This document shows positions 20,704-30,946 of a stretch of DNA of 55,909 nt, piece by piece. The DNA lies in assembly GCA_949745755.1 (NCBI GenBank), contig CATJZL010000044.1, forward strand, positions 1 to 55,909, given 5' to 3'. The stretch's first letter is position 1. Each line of letters begins with the position of its first letter. The translations under genes and the position numbers were made by a program. Below the pieces are notes generated by a model that ran no database searches, was not told where the DNA came from, and was given only the letters and a program-made list of their open reading frames with translations. This stretch comes from an uncultured Bacilli bacterium (GTDB taxonomy: Bacteria; Bacillota_I; Bacilli_A; RF39; UBA660).

Positions 20704-21063
20704 TTATATAAAGAACATTGGTTTATTATTATCTATATTTGTATTTTCATTGTAGTTATGCATATTTTTACTATTTATGTTTTCTGTTTTTGATGTTTGT
20801 ATCTGATTCTTGTTTTCTTTATTATCACTTTTAATCGTATTTGCAATTTTAAACATTGTTTTTGCATTATTTATTATTGGTTTTACTTGATATACAATAG
20901 GTATGGTTTGATTTATAATACCAAGTGTTTTTTGTGTGTTTGATAAAATTCCTCCCCAATTTATAGCTTTTATACTGGAGAAGAGTCCTTTTGATATTGC
21001 TGGGGTAGCCATATTTGCTGCGCTATTCATATAGGGCGTGTACATAAAAGGATTATTAAACAT
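20704..21063 (-). CDS. YqfQ-like (VrrA-like) small protein
   Basis: LSNTQKTLGIINQTIPIVYQVKPIINNAKTMFKI matches the remembered YqfQ core (L.N.Q.vL...Q..P.v.Q..P...N...m.ki). Asn-rich tail. Confidence 0.5.
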   Translation of the reverse strand: MFNNPFMYTPYMNSAANMATPAISKGLFSSIKAINWGGILSNTQKTLGIINQTIPIVYQVKPIINNAKTMFKIANTIKSDNKENKNQIQTSKTENINSKNMHNYNENTNIDNNKPMFFI

Positions 21064-21174
21064 GTTATCACCTCTATTTTATTATATGAACAAATTCTTA
21101 AAAGTTTATCTTTAAAATAATAATTATTTTTGTTATAATGATAATTAGAATAAGAAGAAAGAGGGCGTGTTGAT

Positions 21175-22986
21175 GTGGGGAATGCTCAAGATTTGTATAC
21201 ATTTAAATATAGTGCAACAGATGTTACAGGTGCTCATATAAATTCATCATTTGTTGCTTTTAGTATCGATGATTTAAAAATTTTTTTAGAGACTTTAGGT
21301 TATAGTCATGTAAATATTCTTCCCTTAAAGGCGGGGAGTAAGGTTCCTGATTTAAAAAAGAAATTAAATGTAAAATTTGTATATGAAGACTTCTTAAATT
21401 TTTATCAATCATTAAAGGGTGGAAATAATTTATTTAGTTCTGTTATCTTTATGGTTAATAATTGCAATAATGATAATAAAAGTATTTATCTTCGTTTTGC
21501 CTATTTTATGCAAAAAGGGTATAATTTGTCTACTTCTATGAAATTATTAGGTGAAAATATAATTCCTAATGATATTATTGAAGCTTTTTCTAAGGCTGAT
21601 TCTTCAGGAGAGATTCTTCCCCAATTAGATGTGCTTTTAGATTTGTATCATTCTAAAAGAAAAAAGTCTTTTATGGAAACTATTTTCGGAAAAAGTAACC
21701 AATCTGCTTCTATTGATAAGGCAGCGAAAGATGCTTTATCTGGTATTGGTGGAAGAGAAAAATCTGGAAAAACTGCGACTTTGTATCCTTTTAAATATAA
21801 GGCTGTTTCTGAGATGGGTAAGAAAGTAAGTGGATCATTTGAAGCAGAAACGATAGATGATTGTAAACATTTTTTAGAGTTACAGGGTTATACTAACATT
21901 AAAATTGTTCCTAGAAGTAAACTTGATATTGATATAGAATTTAATGCAAAACTGAAAGCTGCTGATCTTTCTTTTGATTTAACACAACTTTCTACTTATA
22001 TTAAATCTGGTATTTCATTAATTGATGGAGTTACGATTCTTGCTAAGCAGGCTAAGAAGTCTGTTAGTAAAAAAATATATCAAAAGTTAGTTTATGATTT
22101 GTTAAAGGGATATAGTTTAAGTGTTGCTATGGATAAACAGGGAGAGGCGTTTCCTCAGCTTTTAATTAATATGGTTCGTTCAGCTGAAATGACGGGTGAT
22201 CTTCCCTCTATATTAGATGATATGGCCGATTACTATGAGGGAGTAGAGCAGACTAAAAAAACAATGAAAAGTGCTATGACTTATCCTATTTTAGTTTTAA
22301 CGCTTGCTATTGGTGTTTTTATTTTTATGCTTATGTATCTTGTTCCTCAGTTTATTACTTTATATGAGAGTAATGGTGCAAGTCTTCCAGGAATTACTTT
22401 GTTTGTTATTGGTTTATCAAGTTTTATTCAACATAGTATTATTTATCTTATTTTGGGAATTATTATTGTTATACTTATTTTTTATTTGTGTTATAGAAAT
22501 ATCTTTGTTTTTCGTAAAGCTATTCAAACCGCTACTATGAAAATGCCTATTTTTGGGAATATTATTATTTATAATGAAGTGTATACCTTTACTAAGACGT
22601 TTGCTTCTTTAATTAATCATGGTGTTTTTATTACAGATAGTATGGAAATTTTATCTAAAATTACAAATAACGAAGTTTATAAGGCTATTATTGCCAAGAC
22701 ACTTTCTAATTTAGCTAAGGGTGATAATATTTCGAAATCCTTTAAAAATGAATGGGCATTTCCTACTGTTGCCTATCATATGCTAGTAACAGGAGAAAAT
22801 ACTGGACAGTTAGGTCTTATGATGGAAAAGGTATCAGAACATTATCAACAGCTTCATAAGGCATTGGTTGATCAGTTAAAAGGATTAATTGAGCCGATTA
22901 TGATTTTGGTTGTTGCTGGTATTGTTGGGGTGATTTTAGTATCTATTATTACACCTATGTTTAGTATTTATGAACAGGTACAATAG
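21175..22986 (+). CDS. type II secretion/type IV pilus platform protein (GspF/PilC family) with an extra N-terminal PilC-N + GspF-like module
   Basis: GTG start 9 nt after AGAGGG. The PilC N-terminal motif occurs twice (aa 8-51 YTFKYSATDVTG...FLETLGY; aa 204-247 YPFKYKAVSEMG...FLELQGY). Three GspF-like cytoplasmic blocks. TM helices occur only in the C-terminal ~400 aa, which by itself looks like a full-length PilC. Confidence 0.8.
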   Translation: MGNAQDLYTFKYSATDVTGAHINSSFVAFSIDDLKIFLETLGYSHVNILPLKAGSKVPDLKKKLNVKFVYEDFLNFYQSLKGGNNLFSSVIFMVNNCNNDNKSIYLRFAYFMQKGYNLSTSMKLLGENIIPNDIIEAFSKADSSGEILPQLDVLLDLYHSKRKKSFMETIFGKSNQSASIDKAAKDALSGIGGREKSGKTATLYPFKYKAVSEMGKKVSGSFEAETIDDCKHFLELQGYTNIKIVPRSKLDIDIEFNAKLKAADLSFDLTQLSTYIKSGISLIDGVTILAKQAKKSVSKKIYQKLVYDLLKGYSLSVAMDKQGEAFPQLLINMVRSAEMTGDLPSILDDMADYYEGVEQTKKTMKSAMTYPILVLTLAIGVFIFMLMYLVPQFITLYESNGASLPGITLFVIGLSSFIQHSIIYLILGIIIVILIFYLCYRNIFVFRKAIQTATMKMPIFGNIIIYNEVYTFTKTFASLINHGVFITDSMEILSKITNNEVYKAIIAKTLSNLAKGDNISKSFKNEWAFPTVAYHMLVTGENTGQLGLMMEKVSEHYQQLHKALVDQLKGLIEPIMILVVAGIVGVILVSIITPMFSIYEQVQ

Positions 22987-22995
22987 GAGGAATTT

Positions 22996-23760
22996 ATGGA
23001 AAAATTGTATATACCTTTGTTCTTTTTCTTTGGATGTATCTTTGGTTCTTTTTTTGCAGTTGTTGGGGAGAGATTACCTAAGAAGGAAAATTTTACTACA
23101 TCTTCTTCTCATTGTGATTCTTGTGGTCATAAGTTAGCTTTTTTGGATATGATTCCTGTTTTTACTTATTTATTTAATTTGGGGAAGTGTCGATACTGTA
23201 AAGCACCTATTCCTGTACTTTTACCTGTTGTGGAATTATTAACAGGACTTTTATTTAGTGTCAGTTATTATAGTTTCGGTTTTAGTTATGAGCTTCTTGT
23301 TGCTTTAGGGGTTGTTGCTTTATTTATGATTGTTTTAGTAAGTGATTTACTTTATTATATCATCTCTGATGGGGTTCTTGTTTTTTTTGCCTTTTATTTT
23401 ATTATTATTCAATACTTTAAGGGTGGTTTAAATTATATGTCCAGTCGGGTGGTTACAGGTCTTTTTCTCTTTTTGATTATGTATTTTATTATGATTTTTG
23501 GTGAAAAAGTTTTTAAAAAAGAAAGTCTTGGTGGAGGAGATGTGAAACTTTTATTTGTATTTGGTTTAGTGCTAGAGCCTATTTTAGGGGTTTTATCCAT
23601 TTTTATTGCAAGTGTCATTGCCCTTATACCTAGTATTTATATATTAATTAAAAATAGGGACCATATGATTCCTTTTGGACCATTTTTACTTGTTTCCTTT
23701 GCTTTTATTTATTTTAGTAAGATTACGACTTTGGATTTTTTAAAATTTTTAGGTTTTTAG
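22996..23760 (+). CDS. prepilin peptidase (A24 family, PilD/ComC-like)
   Basis: N-terminal Cys4 motif CDSCGHKL...CRYCKAPI. Two Asp boxes (VSDLLYYIISD and GGGDVKLL). Polytopic membrane protein. Confidence 0.85.
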   Translation: MEKLYIPLFFFFGCIFGSFFAVVGERLPKKENFTTSSSHCDSCGHKLAFLDMIPVFTYLFNLGKCRYCKAPIPVLLPVVELLTGLLFSVSYYSFGFSYELLVALGVVALFMIVLVSDLLYYIISDGVLVFFAFYFIIIQYFKGGLNYMSSRVVTGLFLFLIMYFIMIFGEKVFKKESLGGGDVKLLFVFGLVLEPILGVLSIFIASVIALIPSIYILIKNRDHMIPFGPFLLVSFAFIYFSKITTLDFLKFLGF

Positions 23761-23902
23761 TGATAGATGTTTTCCTATTTTCTAAAGAAATATTCTTTAG
23801 AAAGGTTATATTTAGCCTCTTTTTGTTTTTTTTGTTAATTTTTTTTTTACTTTTTTCTATTTTTTCGGTATAATATACTTAGTTTATAAAAGAGGTGTAA
23901 AT

Positions 23903-26191
23903 ATGAAAGAAGATACAATAAAAAATAAGGGTAAAAATAAGATGATTTTTACTATGATAGTTTTAACTATTTTAGCTTTCGCTATTTGTCTTATGTTTAA
24001 ACCTTTATTTGGTAATTTGAAGTTTGGATTAGATCTTCAAGGGGGATTTGAGGTTTTATATGAAGTAGAGTCTATTGATGGTAGTCGTATGACTAGTGAA
24101 AAAATGAATAGTACTTATAAGACTCTTAGTAAAAGGATTGATAGTTTAGGTGTCAGTGAGCCTGAAATTATTTTGGAAGGAAATAATCGAATTCGTGTGA
24201 AACTAGCAGGGGTTGAAAATGAAGATGAGGCTAGAAAACAACTTTCTACTGTTGCTACTTTATCTTTTCGAGATACAAAAGATAATTTGTTAATGTCTAG
24301 TGATGTTTTAAAAAGTGGAGGTGCTAAACTTACTAGTGATTCTGCTGGTCGACCTGCTGTTTTATTAAGTGTAAAAAATAAAGATAAATTTTATGCTGTT
24401 ACTAATCGTATAAAAGATTATGAAGAGAATGCCATTGTTATTTGGCTTGATTATGAGGATGGTGTTACTAGTTATGTAAATGAGAAAAATAATTGTGGTA
24501 CAAGTGGTTCTAATTGTTTAAGTGCTGCCACTGTTTCTCAGGGATTTGCTAGTGATGTAATTATACAGGGTAATTTTACAGAAGAAGAAGCAAGCAATTT
24601 AGTTGATTTGATTAATTCTGGGAGTTTGCCATCTAAATTAAAAGAGGTTTCCAGTAAAACTGTAGCTGCTAGTTTTGGGGATGCGACTCTTAATAAAACT
24701 TTACTTGCAGGTATTATTGGAATTATTATTATTATGCTTATTCTTATTTATTCTTATCATCTTTCTGGGTTTGTTTTTTCCATTGCTATGCTTTTATATA
24801 CATTTTTAGTTTTCTTTATTTTCTGGCTAGTAGGTGGAGTCCTTACTCTTCCTGGAATTGCTGCGCTGGTTTTGGGTATTGGTATGGCAGTTGATGCTAA
24901 TATTATTACATATTCGCGTATAAAAGAAGAATTATACCAAGGAAGAAGTTTAGAGGTTGCTTTTCATAAGGGAGCTAAAGAGAGTGCTTCATCTATTCTT
25001 GATAGTAATTTAACTACCTTACTTGTTGCTGTTATTATGTTTGTTTTTGGAGAAAGTAGTGTAAAAGGATTTTCTACCATGCTTATGATTACTATTTTTG
25101 TTACTATATTTTCTATGGTATTTATTACAAGAATTATACTTAGATCTTTAATTAAAACAGGATATTTTAATGATAAAACGAATTTGTTTATTCATGTTAA
25201 GAAAGAGGATATTCCAAATTTGAAAAAGGGTGAAAAGATAAAAGTTGTACCTTTTTCTAAAATTAATTTCTTAGGTTATACTAAATTATTCGTAACACTT
25301 TCTGTTCTAATTCTTATGGTGGGAGGAATATTCTTTATTAAAGAGCGAGGCTTTAATCTTGGTGTTGATTTTAAATCAGGTAGTGATATTAGTTTAGTTA
25401 CAAGTAAAAAATTATCTAGTGATGAATTAGAAAAAGATATTAAAAGTCTATCTTTAGATAAAGAAAATATTGCTTTAAATGAGGATGGCGCAGATATTTT
25501 GGTACGTGATGTCTTTGCTAAAGAAAAAGTGGAGGAAGTAAAGGGGTATTTTATAGATAAATATGATGCTAAAGTAGATATTGGTGTTGTAAGTAATGTG
25601 GTGAAAAAAGAATTAATTAAGAATGCTATCTTATCTGTACTTCTTGCTGCTTTTGGTATTGTGATATATATATCTTTAAGATTTAAATTTAGTTATGCTT
25701 TAAGTGGTGTACTTGCCCTTTTCCATGATGTATTTGTTATCTTTGCTGTTTTTGCTATATTTAGATTTGAGGTTAGCTCTATGTTTATTGCTGCTATACT
25801 TGCTATTATAGGTTATTCTATTAATGATACAATTGTTTTGTTTGATCGGATTCGTGAGAATATTAATAAAACAGATAAGAAAAAGTTGGATAAAGAAAAG
25901 CTTTATGAGTTAGTTAATAGTAGTATACGTGAAACTTTTACTAGAACGATTTATACTTCCCTTACTACTTTAATACCTGTTATTAGTTTGATTGTACTTG
26001 GAAGTCATGAGATTATTAATTTTAATATTGCTATGTTAATTGGTCTCGTTGCAGGTACTTATTCTTCTATTTTTATTGCTACCCTTTTCTTCTTATTTGT
26101 AGAGAAAAGAGCTTTAGATAAACCAGAGAAAAAGAAAAAAGTTTATAAAGATGAGATGAATGAGAAAATGATTAAAGGGATTAATTGTTAA
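23903..26191 (+). CDS. secDF: protein translocase subunit SecDF (fused)
   Basis: 762 aa. SecD-type periplasmic domain then 6 TM (LPGIAALVLGIGMAVDANII), followed by a SecF half (GVDFKSGS..., INDTIVLFDRIRE). Confidence 0.9.
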   Translation: MKEDTIKNKGKNKMIFTMIVLTILAFAICLMFKPLFGNLKFGLDLQGGFEVLYEVESIDGSRMTSEKMNSTYKTLSKRIDSLGVSEPEIILEGNNRIRVKLAGVENEDEARKQLSTVATLSFRDTKDNLLMSSDVLKSGGAKLTSDSAGRPAVLLSVKNKDKFYAVTNRIKDYEENAIVIWLDYEDGVTSYVNEKNNCGTSGSNCLSAATVSQGFASDVIIQGNFTEEEASNLVDLINSGSLPSKLKEVSSKTVAASFGDATLNKTLLAGIIGIIIIMLILIYSYHLSGFVFSIAMLLYTFLVFFIFWLVGGVLTLPGIAALVLGIGMAVDANIITYSRIKEELYQGRSLEVAFHKGAKESASSILDSNLTTLLVAVIMFVFGESSVKGFSTMLMITIFVTIFSMVFITRIILRSLIKTGYFNDKTNLFIHVKKEDIPNLKKGEKIKVVPFSKINFLGYTKLFVTLSVLILMVGGIFFIKERGFNLGVDFKSGSDISLVTSKKLSSDELEKDIKSLSLDKENIALNEDGADILVRDVFAKEKVEEVKGYFIDKYDAKVDIGVVSNVVKKELIKNAILSVLLAAFGIVIYISLRFKFSYALSGVLALFHDVFVIFAVFAIFRFEVSSMFIAAILAIIGYSINDTIVLFDRIRENINKTDKKKLDKEKLYELVNSSIRETFTRTIYTSLTTLIPVISLIVLGSHEIINFNIAMLIGLVAGTYSSIFIATLFFLFVEKRALDKPEKKKKVYKDEMNEKMIKGINC

Positions 26192-26220
26192 GTAATTAGA
26201 ATAGTATAGGGGATGATTAT

Positions 26221-28368
26221 ATGGCTCATAATAAAGATACAATTACTTTTGAAGAAGTAATAGAGTTGGTTAAAAATTATATTCATGATACTGAATCATT
26301 GGAACACATAGAAAGGGCTTATCAATTAGCTCTTTCAAAGCATAAAGGACAATATAGAAAAAGTGGAGAAGCATACATTATTCATCCTCTTAATGTTGTG
26401 AAGATATTAACTGAAATTCATGCAGATAAAGAAACATTAGAGGCAGGGCTTTTGCATGATGTATTAGAGGATTGTGATTGTACATATGAAGAAATGGAAG
26501 AGATAGTTGGACCTGTAGTTACGAAACTTGTGGATGGAGTTACAAAGATATCTAAATTGCATTTTTCTACTGAGAATGAATATTTGGTTGAATATTATAA
26601 GAAAATTATTGTAGGGATGAGTGAAGATGTTCGTGTAATTATAGTTAAACTTGCAGATCGTTTACATAATATGCGTACATTGTGGGCTTTACCACATGAA
26701 AAACAAGTGAAAAAAGCGAATGAGTCACTTGAAATTTTGGCTCCTCTTGCTCATCATTTAGGAATTCATAAGCTTAAAAGTGAACTGGAAGATCTTGCTC
26801 TTCGTTATTTAAAGCCTGAAGTATTTTATGATATTGCTGAGCGTCTTAATAAGACAAAACTTGAGCGAGATCGATGTGTGGCACTTATGATGGATGAAGT
26901 TAAGGAAATCTTAACAGAGCATAATATTGCCTTTGAAATGAAAGGTCGAAGTAAAAGTATATATAGTATTTATAATAAATTAAATAAAGGTAAAAAGTTT
27001 AATGAAATTTATGATTTATTGGCTATGAGAATACTTGTTGATACAACACAAGAGTGTTATTTGGTTCTTGGTCTTATTCATGCAAAATATAGACCTATGC
27101 CTAGACGTTTTAAGGATTATATTGCTATGCCTAAGCCTAATATGTATCAGTCTCTTCATACAACTGTATTTGGAATAGATGGTTATTTGTTTGAGATTCA
27201 AATTCGTACACCAGAGATGGATGCTATAGCAGAAAATGGTGTGGCTTCGCATTGGTCTTACAAAGAACATAAAGATGGTGCAGCTTCTTTGCAGACTGCT
27301 ACGGAGCAAAAATTACAGTTTTTTAAATCTATTATTGATTTATCTAATGATAAACTTAGTAGTGAAGACTTTGTAAATAGTGTTCGTGATGAGGTTTTAA
27401 ATAATAATATTTATTGTTTTACACCTAAAGGAGATGTTATAGAACTTCCTCTTGGTGCTACTCCTATTGATTTTGCTTATAAAATTCATACTCAGGTTGG
27501 GGAAACTATGGTAGGTGCTCTTGTTAATAATTCTGTTGCTCCACTTGACTATGAATTAAAGGATAATGATATTGTTAAAATTCTGACAAATAAATCTTCA
27601 ACTCCCTCTAAAGAGTGGGTTAATATTGTAAAATCTACAGCTGTGAAAAATAAAATTCGAAGTTTTTTTGCTAAAAGTGAGAGAGAATTATATATTGAAA
27701 GAGGAAAAGATGCTTTAGAAAGAGCTCTTAGAAAAAGAAAATTACCAATACATAATTTTTTTAATTCAGAAAATTTAAAAAAAATTTGTGAAAAATTAAA
27801 GCTTGAAAGTTTGGATGAGATTTATTTAGAGATAGGAAATGGAAAAAATGCTCCGAATTCTGTTATTAATATAATAGAAAAGGAGGAGGAAGAACCTGTA
27901 ATGAAAAAAGTTTTACCTCCTAAAGAGAGTGATGCTGATATTATTGTATCAGGACTTGATATGGTTAAAGTTAATATTGCTAATTGTTGTAATCCAGTGT
28001 ATGGAGATGATATTATTGGTTATATTACCAAAGGTAATGGAATTAGTATACATAGATGTACTTGTCATAATTTAGATATGCTTGATAATAGAATGGTGGA
28101 AGTGAGTTGGAATTCAAACTCAAATAATACAAAATACTTATCTAATTTTTTAATTCATTCTATAACCATGGATAATTATATTGCAGATATTGTACAAAAG
28201 GCTTGTATGGTAGGAGTTTCTATTGATGGTATTAAAAATATGTATCAAACTGATGGAACATGTTATGATGTAAGTTGCTATGTGACAAGTAAGAAGCAAT
28301 TGGAAAAATTTTTTGCAGAGCTTATTAAAGAACCTTATATTAAAGAAATTGAAAGGTTGATGAGATAG
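26221..28368 (+). CDS. relA: bifunctional (p)ppGpp synthetase/hydrolase (RSH long form)
   Basis: HD hydrolase (HPLNVV...LHDVLED), synthetase (GRSKSIYSIYNKL, DLLAMRILV, YQSLHTTV), TGS (IYCFTPKGDVIELPLGATPIDFAY), C-terminal ACT-like domain. Confidence 0.9.
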   Translation: MAHNKDTITFEEVIELVKNYIHDTESLEHIERAYQLALSKHKGQYRKSGEAYIIHPLNVVKILTEIHADKETLEAGLLHDVLEDCDCTYEEMEEIVGPVVTKLVDGVTKISKLHFSTENEYLVEYYKKIIVGMSEDVRVIIVKLADRLHNMRTLWALPHEKQVKKANESLEILAPLAHHLGIHKLKSELEDLALRYLKPEVFYDIAERLNKTKLERDRCVALMMDEVKEILTEHNIAFEMKGRSKSIYSIYNKLNKGKKFNEIYDLLAMRILVDTTQECYLVLGLIHAKYRPMPRRFKDYIAMPKPNMYQSLHTTVFGIDGYLFEIQIRTPEMDAIAENGVASHWSYKEHKDGAASLQTATEQKLQFFKSIIDLSNDKLSSEDFVNSVRDEVLNNNIYCFTPKGDVIELPLGATPIDFAYKIHTQVGETMVGALVNNSVAPLDYELKDNDIVKILTNKSSTPSKEWVNIVKSTAVKNKIRSFFAKSERELYIERGKDALERALRKRKLPIHNFFNSENLKKICEKLKLESLDEIYLEIGNGKNAPNSVINIIEKEEEEPVMKKVLPPKESDADIIVSGLDMVKVNIANCCNPVYGDDIIGYITKGNGISIHRCTCHNLDMLDNRMVEVSWNSNSNNTKYLSNFLIHSITMDNYIADIVQKACMVGVSIDGIKNMYQTDGTCYDVSCYVTSKKQLEKFFAELIKEPYIKEIERLMR

Positions 28369-28803
28369 ATGCGAGTTTTAGTACAAAGAAGTGGTGGTAG
28401 TTCTGTTTCAGTAAAAGATCAGTCTGTAGGGCAAATAGATGGTGGTCTTGTTCTTTTTGTTGGCTTTTGTGAAGGAGATAATTTAGAAAAAATAGAATAT
28501 TTAGTTCATCGTATTTTAAATCTTCGTATATTTCCTGATCAAAATGGAGTGATGAATCAATCTATTTTAGAATTTGGTGGAGATGTTTTATCTATCTCAC
28601 AATTTACTTTGTATGCTGATACGAAAAAGGGTAATCGACCTAGTTATAAGGACGCTTTAAATAGTGAGGAAAGTTTAAAATTATATGAGCTATTTAACCA
28701 AGAACTTAAAAAATATATTCATACAGAAGAAGGGGTATTTGGTGCAGATATGCTTGTTTCTATTACGAATATAGGTCCTACTACAATTTTATTAGAAAGG
28801 TAA
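28369..28803 (+). CDS. dtd: D-aminoacyl-tRNA deacylase
   Basis: MRVLVQR start, SQFTLYADTKKGNRPSY, NIGPTTILL motifs. The start abuts the relA stop. Confidence 0.9.
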   Translation: MRVLVQRSGGSSVSVKDQSVGQIDGGLVLFVGFCEGDNLEKIEYLVHRILNLRIFPDQNGVMNQSILEFGGDVLSISQFTLYADTKKGNRPSYKDALNSEESLKLYELFNQELKKYIHTEEGVFGADMLVSITNIGPTTILLER

Positions 28804-28807
28804 GTTT

Positions 28808-29866
28808 ATGAAAGAAAATAAATTTAATTATAAGTTAATTAATTTAACTGCTTTAATGTTATTCTTATATATTACAATATCCAATATTGGTACTTGGTAT
28901 TCTATTTTGGTACGTCTTATAGAGGTTATTTTTCCTTTTATTATGTCTTTTACTATTGCCTATGCTTTTAGTCCTATTGTGAATTTTTTAGAAAAAAAGA
29001 GATTGCCTAAGTGGTTGTCTGTATTAATTGTTACTTTATCTCTTGTCTTGTTTTTGGTTTTGATGATTATGACTATACTTCCTCCTTTTTATGAACAACT
29101 TATTTCTTTATCAAAAAATTTAGGGGCAGTCGTTGATGTAATTGGTGATAAGTTTCATCTTGATTTGATGAGTTTTGAAGGAGATATTTTTAAATATTTG
29201 GATAAGGTTATTAAAAATTTAGGTAGTATTATTACAAATGGTGCTTTTGATGTTTTATTTAAGTCTATTGGAATTATTGGTAATGCTATTGTTGTATTTG
29301 TTTCTATGATTTATTTTTTGGCTTATATGGATAAAATTCGAAGTCATGTACGTAGCTTTTTTAAAGGTATGGGGGATAAAGCCTTTTATTATGTAAAATG
29401 TTTGGATATAGAAATTGGAAATTATATTAAGGGTCTCACAATATTTATGATTATTCAATTTTTTGAATATTCTGTTCTTTTTAAAATCGTAAATCATCCA
29501 AACTGGCTAATTCTTGGTCTTCTTGCTTGTGTAACAACTGTGATTCCTTATTTTGGTGGACTTATTACAAATGTAATTGCTTTGATACTTGCTAGTGTTA
29601 CAAGTAATTATACATTTATTGGTACACTTGTCATTTGCTTGGTTTTTCCACAACTTGATGGGTATTTAATTTCACCTAAAGTTTATGGTAAGACAAATAA
29701 TGTTAATCCCTTGATTACAATAATGGCTGTTAGCGTAGGAGGAACACTTGCAGGTATGTGGGGTATTGTTGCTTCTTTACCAATTTATTTACTTATTCGA
29801 ACAACTTATCAATTTTTTATTCGTGATTTAAAGAAGGGTGTGAAAACATTAAAGGATACAATATAA
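28808..29866 (+). CDS. AI-2E family transporter (PerM/YhhT-like permease)
   Basis: 352 aa polytopic membrane protein with the family's conserved C-terminal IPYFG.....I and pLi....v.GG...G..G blocks. Confidence 0.75.
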   Translation: MKENKFNYKLINLTALMLFLYITISNIGTWYSILVRLIEVIFPFIMSFTIAYAFSPIVNFLEKKRLPKWLSVLIVTLSLVLFLVLMIMTILPPFYEQLISLSKNLGAVVDVIGDKFHLDLMSFEGDIFKYLDKVIKNLGSIITNGAFDVLFKSIGIIGNAIVVFVSMIYFLAYMDKIRSHVRSFFKGMGDKAFYYVKCLDIEIGNYIKGLTIFMIIQFFEYSVLFKIVNHPNWLILGLLACVTTVIPYFGGLITNVIALILASVTSNYTFIGTLVICLVFPQLDGYLISPKVYGKTNNVNPLITIMAVSVGGTLAGMWGIVASLPIYLLIRTTYQFFIRDLKKGVKTLKDTI

Positions 29867-30086
29867 TTATTTTGAAATATGTATTCTTTTTTTGTATAAT
29901 TCAAAATCTCTTTGTTTTTTGGTAATCAATTTATGTTTGTGAACTACTTGGTGTATTTTTTAGAGAAATGATTAAACATGTGTATTCTATCATTATTTGT
30001 TCTTTTTTTTGCCATTTTAGTGACTTTTTTTCGAAGTAGAATTATATATTATTTGCTGGTATTATTATAAGATGTTTATAAATAAT

Positions 30087-30115
30087 TTGACAAAGTGTAT
30101 AAAATATAGTAGAAT
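30087..30115 (+). promoter_or_regulatory. near-consensus sigma-A promoter upstream of the transglycosylase pseudogene
   Basis: TTGACA (30087-30092), 17-nt spacer, TAGAAT (30110-30115). Confidence 0.6.
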
Positions 30116-30179
30116 GTAGCAGATTGATTTGATCAAGATATACAAATATATATTTTATAGAATAAGAGGGGGTTATTTT

Positions 30180-30946
30180 ATGAATGATTTTACTTCAAAT
30201 GTGTCTCAAAAAAAGAAGGAGGTATTGCAAGTCTTTAAAAGGGCTTTGCTATTATCTATATTTATAGCTACTGCTTCGAATGAAAGTAAAATAGGAGCAG
30301 AGGATATTTTTTTGAGATGAAGAAAGAAAGTTTATATAATGAGATAAATGATAATTCTTCATCTAAGGAAGAAAAGCCACATTTAAGTATGCATACTAAT
30401 GAGATGAAAGCATTGGGGAATGAATTTGTAGAATGTGAAGAGATGCAATATATTGAAGATCCAATTGAAAATGCTTTTGAAAATTCGACTACACCAAAAG
30501 AAATATATCTTTCTTTGAAACCATATATTCAAGATATGAGTAACAAGTATGAGGTACCAGTTGATTTATTAATTACTATTATTTATCAATAATCAGGTGG
30601 TCAGTGGAATACGAATGGAGTTTGTTCTTATACAGATGATTATGGATTAACCCAAATAAATGAATGTAATATTGAAATGCTTAAAAGAGAACTTGGTTTT
30701 ATTAAAGAAGATATTTTATATAATCCAAAATGTGTTATTGAGGCTCAGGCTTTCTTAATCAAAAATATTATGAACATGTATCATTATAATAGGGATACTA
30801 CAGATTATGAAAATGTTTTTGGCACTTATAATGGTTGGATTAATTGGAGAGAAAAAGAAATGGCTGTTTATTATGCTGCTAGTTGTATGAATATATTAGA
30901 GCAAGGTGTAGAACAGATACTTAATTCTGTTGAGAAAATAAAATAA
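30180..30946 (+). pseudogene. membrane-anchored VirB1/IagB-type lytic transglycosylase (GH23), disrupted by one frameshift and one nonsense codon
   Basis: Three track ORFs (30129-30320, 30317-30592, 30677-30946) belong together. SD AGAGGGGG plus ATG 30180 and a TM-like LLLSIFIATA. The frame changes at a T7 run (30307-30313). TAA at 30590-30592 is in frame with the last ORF. The read-through gives IIYQ*SGGQWNTNG.....DDYGLTQINE, matching the (Q)ESGG...DyGLMQIN transglycosylase signature with the stop in place of the catalytic Glu. Confidence 0.75.

Noticed and set aside
23803-23902. Striking series of T-runs (T5, T8, T10, T6, T6) upstream of secDF, considered as a repeat element or riboswitch.
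   Set aside because: No secondary-structure potential or repeat unit was found. Most simply it is an AT-rich UP-element or curved-DNA region in front of a TATAAT box. The preceding hairpin TTCTAAAGA-AATAT-TCTTTAGAA (23780-23802) is probably the pilD terminator.
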